Assembly: GCA_045536125.1 (NCBI GenBank)
Contig: JAZSMX010000050.1
Location: 1,953-65,952 of the forward strand
DNA: 64,000 nucleotides
Source of the DNA: Eubacteriales bacterium
GTDB lineage: Bacteria > Bacillota > Clostridia > Oscillospirales > CAG-272
Direction: 5' to 3'
Part shown: positions 50,501 to 57,984 of the stretch, one piece after another
Layout: each line of letters starts with the position of its first letter
Numbering within the stretch: position 1 is the first letter of the stretch
Position numbers and translations under genes: made by a program
Notes under the pieces: model-generated
The model's input: only the letters and a program-made list of their open reading frames with translations
What the model was told of the DNA's origin: nothing
Database searches by the model: none

Positions 50501-53457
50501 AGGTATGGAAGGTTCCCATGGGGGCAGAAAATGCCGACAATGTCAATTCGGCATTGAAAATTGGCAATAATGCGATTTCTTACAGCAATACGCCGCACAT
50601 TGTTTTTGAGATCGACATGTACGTTCCAACGGGCGCTACAGGCTCTTTCCAGATGGAAGCATGGTCGAGAGATCGCTCGGATAGCTTCCAGTACTTCTAT
50701 ACGGTGAACGTCACCTCTGTCGGTGCAAAGATTGCCCCTTACGGAACCTATTCCTATGCAGGTGAGAACCTGGAGCTTGCAAGAGATACCTGGTACAAAA
50801 TCGCCTTTGCTTTGGATATGGTGACGGGCGGATATACGATTTACGTGGACGGTGACGTCGCCGCTACGGGTATTACGGGGCAGACCAATCTTTTGGTATC
50901 GAACGATTCCTTTATGATAGCAAAGGTAGAAAGCTCTCGCGCGGGCACGGGATATGTTCTTTTTGATGATCTCCTCATCTACAAGGGCGAGAAGCCCATG
51001 AACGTGGTTCTTGGTGATGAAACAAGTGAAGATTTTTCTGACCTTGACGGCGGTGTGTATATTCCGACGGTCAATGACGCTGCACAAATGAAGCATTCCG
51101 TGTATTCCTATACGGTTTACGATCAAATTGTTCTGCAGGCAGATTATTTCATTGACGGAGATGCGGAGGGTGTACTTGAAAGTAAATTCAATTCCTACCG
51201 TTACCTGGTTTCAAACATCTGGGGAATCGGTAAGGAGCTTTCCCTTTATTCCATAGATCTTTCAAGCGGAAAGATCTATCAGAAGCAACAGCCCACGATC
51301 TATGGAAATCTCAATGTCGGAGAGAAAAATACCGTCACCGCGGTTCTTGATCTGAATACGGGCGCATACAGCGTTTACGTCAACGGATTCGGGGCGTTCA
51401 ATGCAAAGGTCGGACACACCAATCTCACACTTGGAGCTGACGAATCGCAGTACTGGCAGATCGTAAGCGTTGCAAGCAATACGCTTACGGGAACCGTTTA
51501 TGCGGACAATGCTTCCATTCGTCTTTTGGGGGATGATGAGTTGATCCTTATCAATACCGATTCCGACAAGACGCTCAAGTATATCGACGTGACCGTAGGT
51601 GGAAAAACCGTTCGCACGGGTGTCTCCTCGCTCTTTATGCCCGCCGACACCTCCTATACAGCGGAAGCGGCATATTTTAACACAAGTGATTACAGCGGAA
51701 TTATTACCACAGAGCAAAAGATCTCCATTCGTCTCAAGCAGGACAGCGGCTTGCGTTTTGCGACGCTCATCAATGATAAGGAGTCCTTTGACGAACTCTT
51801 TTCCATGGCTGGTGAGGAAATCGCGGACGTTTACTTCAGCACGCTGATTACTCCCGTTGATTATTTGAATGCCGTAGATCAGGTCTTTACCAAAGAGGCG
51901 CTCAAGACGCTTGTAGGTGTCAATTCCGGTATCACCTATCTCGATGTTAAGGGGACGCACGGATATTATATCTCGGAGGCGCTTCTTGATAACGATCCTT
52001 CGACCACTCATTTTGTCGGATCGATCGTTAATATCAAGCAACAAAATTATGATCGTTCCTTTGCAGCGATCGGCTACGTTGAAGTTTTGCTGTTGACGGG
52101 CGAGGTGATCACCCTTTATTCCTCACAATGGCATTCTTCAAATATCAAGTCAGCTGCCTTGCTCGTCAGAAATGCCGGGGACGGTTATTATGACAGCCTG
52201 GATGAAAAGAACAAAGCGTTGATTGATTCCTTCGCCGACTACATGGCACCCGTGACCGAAATTGTTGCGGATTCCATTCCCACGCTTTCTACCGAAGGAT
52301 CTCTCACAGCAACTACGTTTACCGAAGAAAATGGAACCTACTACGTCTATAAAAACGTAACCGTGAATGAAATCGCAGCCTATAAGGATGCGCTGCTCAA
52401 TGCCGGTTTTACGCTCTATACCTCTCATAATCTGGACTCTGCAGAGTTTGCTACATACACGGGAAACACAAAATCTGTCCGCCTGTTCTGCTATCCCGCC
52501 GAAAGCGAATTCCGCATTTTGGTCACCGACCTTGCATACCTTCCCGAACGTGAGAAGCCTACGTACGAGGCGATTGAGGGATTGGTGCCTACCGACACAA
52601 TGATCAAATCCAACGGAGTCGACAAGATTGGAGCAATGTCTCATGTTCTGCAATTCGTTGACGGAAGCTTTGCTGTCGTGGATGGTGGTTGCGAGGACGC
52701 AGAGGATGCATATAACCTGCTTACGTACCTTTGGGAGAACAAGCCGGCAAGTGATGCAAAGCCTCGCGTTACCTGGTTCCTTACACACGCGCATAACGAT
52801 CACGTGGATCTGCCCAACAGCTTTTTGGAGGCATACCATGAGTTCATCAATCTGGAAATGGTGGTTTATAACTATCCGGATTACGATACCTTCACTGTCA
52901 CCTACAAAGAAGCTGAGCATTCCCGTGTACGTCAGGAAAGAATAGAGCGCATTCTTTCGGAATATTATCCCAACACAGTTAAATATATCTGCCACACCGG
53001 AGACAAGCTGTATCTCCCCGGTTGCACCGTAGATATTCTGATGACCTATCTGGATTTCTATCCGGATACCTTTGCGGGGATCAACGAGACCTGTGCTGTG
53101 TTCAAGTTTACCTTTGATAGTGGCTATGAGCTTTTGATCACAGGCGATATCTATCCCAATAACTGTAGCTTCCTGACGACCAACTATCCCACCGTCCTCA
53201 AAAGTGACGTAGTTCAAACGCCTCACCATGGACGCGACGGTGCGGATGCAGCCTTCTATAATGCGATTGTGGATGAATTGAAGATCCTCATGTGGAGCAA
53301 CTCCGCCACATTCTTTGAGGAGCGCGCGGGAAGCGCGAACGACGCCTACGATTGGAGCTTTAACAGTATCGTGCTTGATGCTGCCGGTGTTTCGCACTAT
53401 AACGCAAGCCAAACGGTCACCGTCAACATGAACGATCTTTCTGTCACCGTAAAGTAA
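47599..53457 (+). CDS. giant secreted protein: six LamG-like modules, shared middle domain, ComEC-type MBL hydrolase domain
   Basis: Signal peptide ...IPSFA/AESS. Six modules each bounded by YENTFE.YT-like and (Y/L)xD(D/N)xxI motifs. LTHAHNDHVD (His1 codon 52786) and TPHHGRDG. AAAGGAG RBS. Confidence 0.8.
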   Translation: MKIKRISRAMSFLLVIAMCIPMIVIPSFAAESSVSEEEDVYLYENTFETYTEGHTWTAADNYFEINPNNKLSGATSKHTVIKNPEDTSDLVWSFPMESANNQNHLYLATNGFSYTITPKIIFELDFYVPEDAYGSFFLEFRSAKYTGGSGNPSALAIKMGTSSSTADTVVLEDRQNSSNYKQHTIHRGEWYHLSYAWNMVNGTYRTCLNEELVFSGKRYTNVDFTNASFADVNLYSYNTYCGAWGGNLLIDDIRISDNSAKYFPVYENTFESYTVGNAMSDTSSGKGFSSDLSSLGYTVAADPKNTDNKVLGVPVSDAAADNYKAATTEYTSPSDYKDAVDFTFTEDIYIPSDAVGSAKIQGWERYSADSNVWHDFFYINFTTASSAATVEFPSNFAYSVKGSNLKLNRDTWYHLTVSLKQTTGDMTVLIDGEIVFVGNLGAPINIAQFFIARMRTASACGATLNGTIYLDNIRIYKEYFKNGEMTETRTYKWSNDFEKYTVDALITDTSSGSGFSSSLAQTYKCTTTYDPLNAENKVMNVPTENGNNYVGQTYDWRNQGDSYTKMTHLVFEQDIYIPGATTGKTRVQGWQKIPSEGFRSFYDIDFSTANEDAMIIPIGTTSYVGALALSRDTWHKTTFSLVQSTGEYYILIDGNVAAVGILGNTSMQLCTYFFFRAYAGASGSVYLDNMHIYEGFDKGVMHDSALYRNTFESYTKDFEWSSADSYFDANVNAPITDASLKHKVVSDPTNADNLVWQIPLTEANLNNNKAYLSSASSVDYQKTSIVTLSMKVYVPAGAKGDVKMQGHSDAEGFNDLYHILMKGTSASVWVDDSVAYTGDLNLTLDQWHNIDYALNLVSGEFKLMIDGVIAYSGNIGLKNRVWDGWIIAKLQSTDRVSEHNGTMLVDDIVIEAALADGEMATTSYLYENTMEQYWSEYVLEGDAWFSSNINDGNHGHMIVTDPTNAANKVWKVPMGAENADNVNSALKIGNNAISYSNTPHIVFEIDMYVPTGATGSFQMEAWSRDRSDSFQYFYTVNVTSVGAKIAPYGTYSYAGENLELARDTWYKIAFALDMVTGGYTIYVDGDVAATGITGQTNLLVSNDSFMIAKVESSRAGTGYVLFDDLLIYKGEKPMNVVLGDETSEDFSDLDGGVYIPTVNDAAQMKHSVYSYTVYDQIVLQADYFIDGDAEGVLESKFNSYRYLVSNIWGIGKELSLYSIDLSSGKIYQKQQPTIYGNLNVGEKNTVTAVLDLNTGAYSVYVNGFGAFNAKVGHTNLTLGADESQYWQIVSVASNTLTGTVYADNASIRLLGDDELILINTDSDKTLKYIDVTVGGKTVRTGVSSLFMPADTSYTAEAAYFNTSDYSGIITTEQKISIRLKQDSGLRFATLINDKESFDELFSMAGEEIADVYFSTLITPVDYLNAVDQVFTKEALKTLVGVNSGITYLDVKGTHGYYISEALLDNDPSTTHFVGSIVNIKQQNYDRSFAAIGYVEVLLLTGEVITLYSSQWHSSNIKSAALLVRNAGDGYYDSLDEKNKALIDSFADYMAPVTEIVADSIPTLSTEGSLTATTFTEENGTYYVYKNVTVNEIAAYKDALLNAGFTLYTSHNLDSAEFATYTGNTKSVRLFCYPAESEFRILVTDLAYLPEREKPTYEAIEGLVPTDTMIKSNGVDKIGAMSHVLQFVDGSFAVVDGGCEDAEDAYNLLTYLWENKPASDAKPRVTWFLTHAHNDHVDLPNSFLEAYHEFINLEMVVYNYPDYDTFTVTYKEAEHSRVRQERIERILSEYYPNTVKYICHTGDKLYLPGCTVDILMTYLDFYPDTFAGINETCAVFKFTFDSGYELLITGDIYPNNCSFLTTNYPTVLKSDVVQTPHHGRDGADAAFYNAIVDELKILMWSNSATFFEERAGSANDAYDWSFNSIVLDAAGVSHYNASQTVTVNMNDLSVTVK

Positions 53458-53482
53458 CGTTAAAGAAAGGATGGGACAGTTT

Positions 53483-53599
53483 ATGAAGCACTATGAACAA
53501 CCCTTGATCGATCTGTTCTATATGGAAAGCACGGATATTTTTACTCTTTCCTCGGATTTGAACGATCCGTACGGTGATGATATCTTTCATGGAATTTAA
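53483..53599 (+). CDS. unannotated 38-codon acidic small ORF
   Basis: MKHYEQPLIDLFYMESTDIFTLSSDLNDPYGDDIFHGI. It lies between the giant gene stop and a 17-bp-stem terminator. The RBS is weak, and an in-frame ATG also occurs at 53471. Confidence 0.3.
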   Translation: MKHYEQPLIDLFYMESTDIFTLSSDLNDPYGDDIFHGI

Positions 53600-53617
53600 T
53601 GACATAAGATCAAAAAA

Positions 53618-53660
53618 ACAAGGGATCCCATCGCAATCAGCGATGGGATCCCTTGTTTTG
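53618..53660. terminator. strong bidirectional terminator
   Basis: 17-bp perfect stem ACAAGGGATCCCATCGC/GCGATGGGATCCCTTGT with a 5-nt loop. A7 upstream and TTTTG downstream. Confidence 0.75.
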
Positions 53661-53666
53661 TGACGG

Positions 53667-54503
53667 TTATTGAGAGCGCTTTTCGGCTGTGTATTTTGAG
53701 GGGGAGATGCCCGTGTTTTTCTTGAAAAAGACGGATAAATAAGCAGGAGAGGAAAATCCCATCATTGATGAAATTTCGGAAATTCTGTATCCGTCGTTCA
53801 GCAGTCTGCGGATCTCTTTCACACGCAAAGAAGCGAAATACGTCATCGGTCCTTCTCCCGTATAGGTGTGAAATAGCTTTTTGACGTAGCTGATGCTGAC
53901 ATGATGGAGTGACGCAAGCTTGTCAAGCGTCAAGGGCTCATGGATGTGTTCGTTCATCGTTTTTACAAGATGGCGGTATTCCTCAGCCCCTGTGTTTTTG
54001 TTCAGACTTTTTTGTGAAGCGGAGTGGAGAGAGAGGGAAAGTAAGAAGCTTTCCAATCGATGCCTTGCGGCGGATGCCTCACATCTCATGTTCTCGTCCA
54101 AGGCTCTTTCTTCGGGATGATCGTAAAAATAAAGTAAGGGGGAAAAGAGTGTGCGGTACTCTGTCATCTGTTCTTCTGAAAGTGAAAAGACACCTTTTTT
54201 CAGTGACTCGGGGAGAGTTCCTTCGTGTGCAAAGGAAAGAATGATCACGTGAGGAGAAGTCCCACCGGTGCTTTTGATACGGTGGAATTCATTCGGGGCG
54301 TGGAGGATCATTTCACTGTCGCGCAAAATATACGAACGGTCATCCTCTACTACCTCAACAGCACCTTCAAGAACGGTGACGATCTCCCAAAAATTGTGAA
54401 GCTCGCCCTTGAATATAAAATCACTGTCCCAGTTGTAGTTGATGGCAGAATAAAGTGCCGTGATACGAAAAGGAGTATCGATTTCGTGAGTTTTGTGTGG
54501 CAT
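53667..54503 (-). CDS. AraC family transcriptional regulator (cupin + HTH)
   Basis: 278 aa with HTH region LASLHHVSISYVKKLFHTYTGEGPMTYF...GFSSPAYLSVFFKKNTGISPSKY. Confidence 0.85.
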   Translation of the reverse strand: MPHKTHEIDTPFRITALYSAINYNWDSDFIFKGELHNFWEIVTVLEGAVEVVEDDRSYILRDSEMILHAPNEFHRIKSTGGTSPHVIILSFAHEGTLPESLKKGVFSLSEEQMTEYRTLFSPLLYFYDHPEERALDENMRCEASAARHRLESFLLSLSLHSASQKSLNKNTGAEEYRHLVKTMNEHIHEPLTLDKLASLHHVSISYVKKLFHTYTGEGPMTYFASLRVKEIRRLLNDGYRISEISSMMGFSSPAYLSVFFKKNTGISPSKYTAEKRSQ

Positions 54504-54549
54504 GTTCTTTTCAGTGTCCTTTTTTAAAAAAAATATGTCTTATTGTGTA

Positions 54550-54578
54550 TTTACATATAAAATAAGATCTTGTATAAT
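54550..54578 (+). promoter_or_regulatory. promoter of the GH109-like oxidoreductase gene
   Basis: TTTACA (54550-54555), 17 nt, TATAAT (54573-54578), flanked by ATTGTGT/ACACAAT inverted repeats. Confidence 0.45.
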
Positions 54579-54633
54579 GATAATAACACAATGAAAGACA
54601 AATGTCAATATGTTTTTTGAAAGGACTTGAATA

Positions 54634-55926
54634 ATGATACAAAGAGAAAAGAAAACCAAAGTAAGAATCGGTTACATAGGTCTTGGAAGACGCGGAACCT
54701 TTGTGATGCAGGACTGCTTCGCACAAATGGCGGACGTTGAGGTCGCATGGATTTGCGACTATTCCGAAAAAAAGATTGAGAAGATGCTTAAGCTTCTTGA
54801 AGAAATGGGACGTCCGACTCCGAAGACGACGACGGATTATCATGACATTCTTGCGGATGAAGGTGTGGATGCCGTTGTCATTGTGACCGGATGGAACACT
54901 CACGTGCAATGCTCTCTTGATTCTGTCAAGGCAGGAAAGTATACCGCCGTGGAGGTTGGGTGTGCCTATGCGCTTTCCGAATGTTTTGACCTTGTCAATG
55001 CCTATGAAGAAACAGGTGCTCCTCTGATGATGCTGGAGAACTGCTGTTATGGGAGACGTGAGATGATGGCATTGAATATGGTGAAGAAAGGCTTATTCGG
55101 TGAGATCGTGCACTGTGACGGTGGATATCTGCATTATCTCAACGAAGCGGAGCTTACAAAGCCGGACAACGGCATTGGAGATACGGAGCATTACCGCATT
55201 TATGATTATCAGAATCGCAATTGCGAGCAGTATCCGACACATGAGTTCGGTCCGATCTCCAAGGTTCTTGGTATCAACCGTGGAAACAGAGTGATGACAC
55301 TCTCATCGTTTGCAAGCAAGAGCCGCGCGCTCGAGGTCTTTATGAAGGATCACGTTGATCCCTCCCATCCTTTGAGCGGAAAGTCTTTCCGCCAGGGAGA
55401 TGTGATCACCACCGTGTTGACCTGTGCAAACGGAGAAACCGTCCGTCTTACCTTGGATACAACGCTTCCTCGTCCTTACTACAGCCGTAATTTCACAATA
55501 CGCGGTACAAAGGGTTGCTGTATTGAGGAAGGCGGCTTCGGCACGTTCTTCTTAGAGGGAATGAAGGAGCCCACTTACAATAACGAAAAGGATTTCTACG
55601 AGAAGTATGATCATCCGTTGTACGAAGAATATACAGATGTTGGTGTCCGTGGAGGTCACGAAGGTCTTGACTGGCTGGTTTGCCGTGCCTTTATCGAAAG
55701 TGTAAAGGCGGGGACAGATACTCCGATCGATGCATACGATACGGCAACCTGGATGGCGATTGCTTCTTTGTCCGAAGCTTCCATTGCAAGAGGCGGTGCG
55801 CCTGTCGATTTCCCCGATTTTACAAAGGGGAAATGGATACGCCGTGAGCCTGTTGTGGAGTGCAAATATTGCCTTGATGCGATCTGCTCCGATCCCGATA
55901 CTCCGATCGTTCCCGAAGAAGCTTGA
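54634..55926 (+). CDS. Gfo/Idh/MocA family NAD-dependent oxidoreductase, GH109-like
   Basis: IGYIGLGRRG Rossmann motif, LENCCYGRRE and HCDGGYLHYL blocks resembling NAD-dependent glycosidases. No signal peptide. Confidence 0.7.
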   Translation: MIQREKKTKVRIGYIGLGRRGTFVMQDCFAQMADVEVAWICDYSEKKIEKMLKLLEEMGRPTPKTTTDYHDILADEGVDAVVIVTGWNTHVQCSLDSVKAGKYTAVEVGCAYALSECFDLVNAYEETGAPLMMLENCCYGRREMMALNMVKKGLFGEIVHCDGGYLHYLNEAELTKPDNGIGDTEHYRIYDYQNRNCEQYPTHEFGPISKVLGINRGNRVMTLSSFASKSRALEVFMKDHVDPSHPLSGKSFRQGDVITTVLTCANGETVRLTLDTTLPRPYYSRNFTIRGTKGCCIEEGGFGTFFLEGMKEPTYNNEKDFYEKYDHPLYEEYTDVGVRGGHEGLDWLVCRAFIESVKAGTDTPIDAYDTATWMAIASLSEASIARGGAPVDFPDFTKGKWIRREPVVECKYCLDAICSDPDTPIVPEEA

Positions 55927-55953
55927 TCAAAAACAGTGTTTTGAAGTTAAAAA

Positions 55954-55985
55954 AGGCGATGGTCATTGCGATCATCGCCTTTTTG
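55954..55985 (+). terminator. terminator after the oxidoreductase gene
   Basis: AGGCGATG/CATCGCCT stem followed by TTTT. Confidence 0.6.
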
Positions 55986-55996
55986 GATTTGAATTG

Positions 55997-56025
55997 TTGA
56001 ATTATTCACAAATTTGTGTTATAAT
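55997..56025 (+). promoter_or_regulatory. ferritin promoter with palindrome in the spacer
   Basis: TTGAAT (55997-56002), 17 nt, TGtTATAAT (56017-56025). Perfect palindrome CACAAATTTGTG at 56007-56018. Confidence 0.5.
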
Positions 56026-56102
56026 TCTTATGAAGGGAAGCGCAAATATTCTTTTCTTCACGGATTGCGGAATGCAAACATTTAAAAAAAGGAGAAAATA
56101 CG

Positions 56103-56612
56103 ATGAATGCAAAAGTACATGAGCTGTTGAATCAACAGATCAATAAGGAGTTTTACTCCGCATATCTTTATCTCGACTTCTCAAATTATTTTGAGGATGC
56201 AGGACTTGACGGATTTGCAAACTGGTATAAAATTCAAGCGCAGGAGGAGCGCGATCATGCGATGCTCTTCTATCAATACCTTCAGAACGAAAATCAAAAG
56301 GTGACGCTTGAGGCGATTCCGAAGCCCGATAAGGTATTCAGCTGTCATATGGACGTTCTCAAGGCAGGTCTTGAGCATGAAGAATATGTAACTTCGCTGA
56401 TTAACGATATTTATGCAGCAGCTTATGAGGTAAAGGATTTTCGCACGATGCAGTTCCTTGATTGGTTTGTAAAGGAGCAGGGCGAGGAAGAAACCAATGC
56501 CAATGATATGATTACGAAAATGGAGCTGTTCGGTTCTGATCCCAAGAGTCTCTACATGCTCAATCAGGAGCTTGCGGCAAGAATTTATACCGCTCCCTCC
56601 TTGGTTCTTTGA
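56103..56612 (+). CDS. ftnA: non-heme ferritin
   Basis: LLNQQINKEFYSAYLYLDFSNYF...AQEERDHAMLFYQYL ferroxidase-centre residues. Confidence 0.9.
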   Translation: MNAKVHELLNQQINKEFYSAYLYLDFSNYFEDAGLDGFANWYKIQAQEERDHAMLFYQYLQNENQKVTLEAIPKPDKVFSCHMDVLKAGLEHEEYVTSLINDIYAAAYEVKDFRTMQFLDWFVKEQGEEETNANDMITKMELFGSDPKSLYMLNQELAARIYTAPSLVL

Positions 56613-56667
56613 TTCAGAAACGAACAACGGGCTGAGCCGAATGCAGATGCATTTGATTGGCTCCGTT

Positions 56668-56727
56668 AGAATAAGCAACAAGGACTCGAACCAACGAGGT
56701 TTGAGTCCTTGTTGCTTATTCTTTTTT
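56668..56727. terminator. bidirectional terminator between ferritin and dinB
   Basis: 20-bp perfect stem AGAATAAGCAACAAGGACTC/GAGTCCTTGTTGCTTATTCT followed by T6. It overlaps the dinB stop codon. Confidence 0.7.
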
Positions 56728-57957
56728 GAAATCTCTGGCAGCCTTGTGCTTTTTGGCAACGTCTTCGGAATATCGCATCGTAGAGCCTCGCAGAATGGTG
56801 TCCGAGCCGAATTTTTCGCGGATGTCATCGATCAAACGGTCAATTTCCTGTTCACGCTCGTTTTTCGGTTCGTCAAACATAGAAAGCTGCCTCTCCTCGC
56901 TATCCGAAAGATCGGTAAGCGCAACTCCCAACAGGCGCAAAGGTGTTCGCTTATCCCAAAGCTCTGAGAAAAGACTTTTGGCACAAGTGAAAATTTCAGA
57001 GGTGACGTCGGTTGGAGACATCAGCTTCTTTTGATGGGAATGATCCTTGAAATCGTTCCCTCGGATCGTAACGGAAATACAGAATGCGCGACAGCGGTCA
57101 CGTCTCATGCGAGATGCGACGCTGTCACAAAGTGATAAAAGAACGCGGTGCGCTTCCTCGGATGTGATGATGTCCTCGGCAAGGGTTGTGGAATTGCTGT
57201 ATCCCTTGGCATCCTCCGCTTCGGACAGGACGGGAGAATCGTCCAGAGCATTGGCATATCTCCATAGATGCTCTGAGAGCTTATTGCCAAACATGGAATA
57301 GAGACGGGAACGATCCGTCTGTGCAAGATCTCCGATGGTCAAGATGCCGGCAGCACACAGCTTTTCTGCGGTTGCGCCTCCCACCGTGAAAAGATCGCCC
57401 ACGGGGAGGGGGGCAAATTTTTGTGTAAGCTCGTTTTGAAAAAGCGTATGAACACGGTCCGGTTTTTCGAAGTCACTTGCCATTTTGGCAAGGAGCTTGT
57501 TGTGAGAGATCCCGATGTTGACGGTGAATCCGAGAGTGTCACGGATTTCATCTTTGATTTTATGCGCGATGGCAATCGGATCGGGGTAGAGACGTGCCGT
57601 CCCGCTCATGTCGAGAAAGCATTCGTCAATTGAAAACTGTTCGACGACAGGGGCATATTTTTTACAAATGGCAATGAATGCGAGAGAAGAGGCGTGATAG
57701 AGCTCAAAATTAGGTTTGGCAAGAAAAAGGTTGGGACATTTTCTTAATGCCATGGCAATGGGTTCTCCCGTTTTGACTCCCATCTTTTTTGCGGGAATCG
57801 ATTTGGCAAGAATGACTCCGCGACGGCTTTCTCGATCTCCTCCGATTGCCGAGGGGATCAATCGAAGATCGTTTTCTCCGCTTTTTAACCGTTTGACAGC
57901 TTCCCAGGAGAGAAACGCGCTATTGACGTCTACGTGAAAAATCAGACGCGGTGACAT
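56716..57957 (-). CDS. dinB: DNA polymerase IV (Y-family)
   Basis: IFHVDVNSAFLSWEA, SIDECFLDM, little-finger domain. Confidence 0.9.
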   Translation of the reverse strand: MSPRLIFHVDVNSAFLSWEAVKRLKSGENDLRLIPSAIGGDRESRRGVILAKSIPAKKMGVKTGEPIAMALRKCPNLFLAKPNFELYHASSLAFIAICKKYAPVVEQFSIDECFLDMSGTARLYPDPIAIAHKIKDEIRDTLGFTVNIGISHNKLLAKMASDFEKPDRVHTLFQNELTQKFAPLPVGDLFTVGGATAEKLCAAGILTIGDLAQTDRSRLYSMFGNKLSEHLWRYANALDDSPVLSEAEDAKGYSNSTTLAEDIITSEEAHRVLLSLCDSVASRMRRDRCRAFCISVTIRGNDFKDHSHQKKLMSPTDVTSEIFTCAKSLFSELWDKRTPLRLLGVALTDLSDSEERQLSMFDEPKNEREQEIDRLIDDIREKFGSDTILRGSTMRYSEDVAKKHKAARDFKKE

Positions 57958-57984
57958 GTTTTCTCCTTTCTTGATGCATTGAAA

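Noticed and set aside
49876-53412. 416-aa and 420-aa minus-strand ORFs (49876-51126, 52150-53412), plus 255-, 225- and 260-aa ones
   Set aside because: All lie antisense inside the 1952-aa gene. The products are I/R/C-rich nonsense-like sequences without starts supported by an RBS.
47599-53457. Considered a diversity-generating retroelement target or a phase-variable (inverton/slipped-strand) surface gene
   Set aside because: There is no reverse transcriptase, template repeat, recombinase or flanking long inverted repeats in the window. The modules are diverged at DNA level and there are no homopolymer or short tandem tracts at the 5' end.
57958-57984. Looked for a LexA/Cheo box (GAAC-N4-GTTC) upstream of dinB
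   Set aside because: The 27-nt gap contains only the RBS. No such motif is present here or in the last part of murE.
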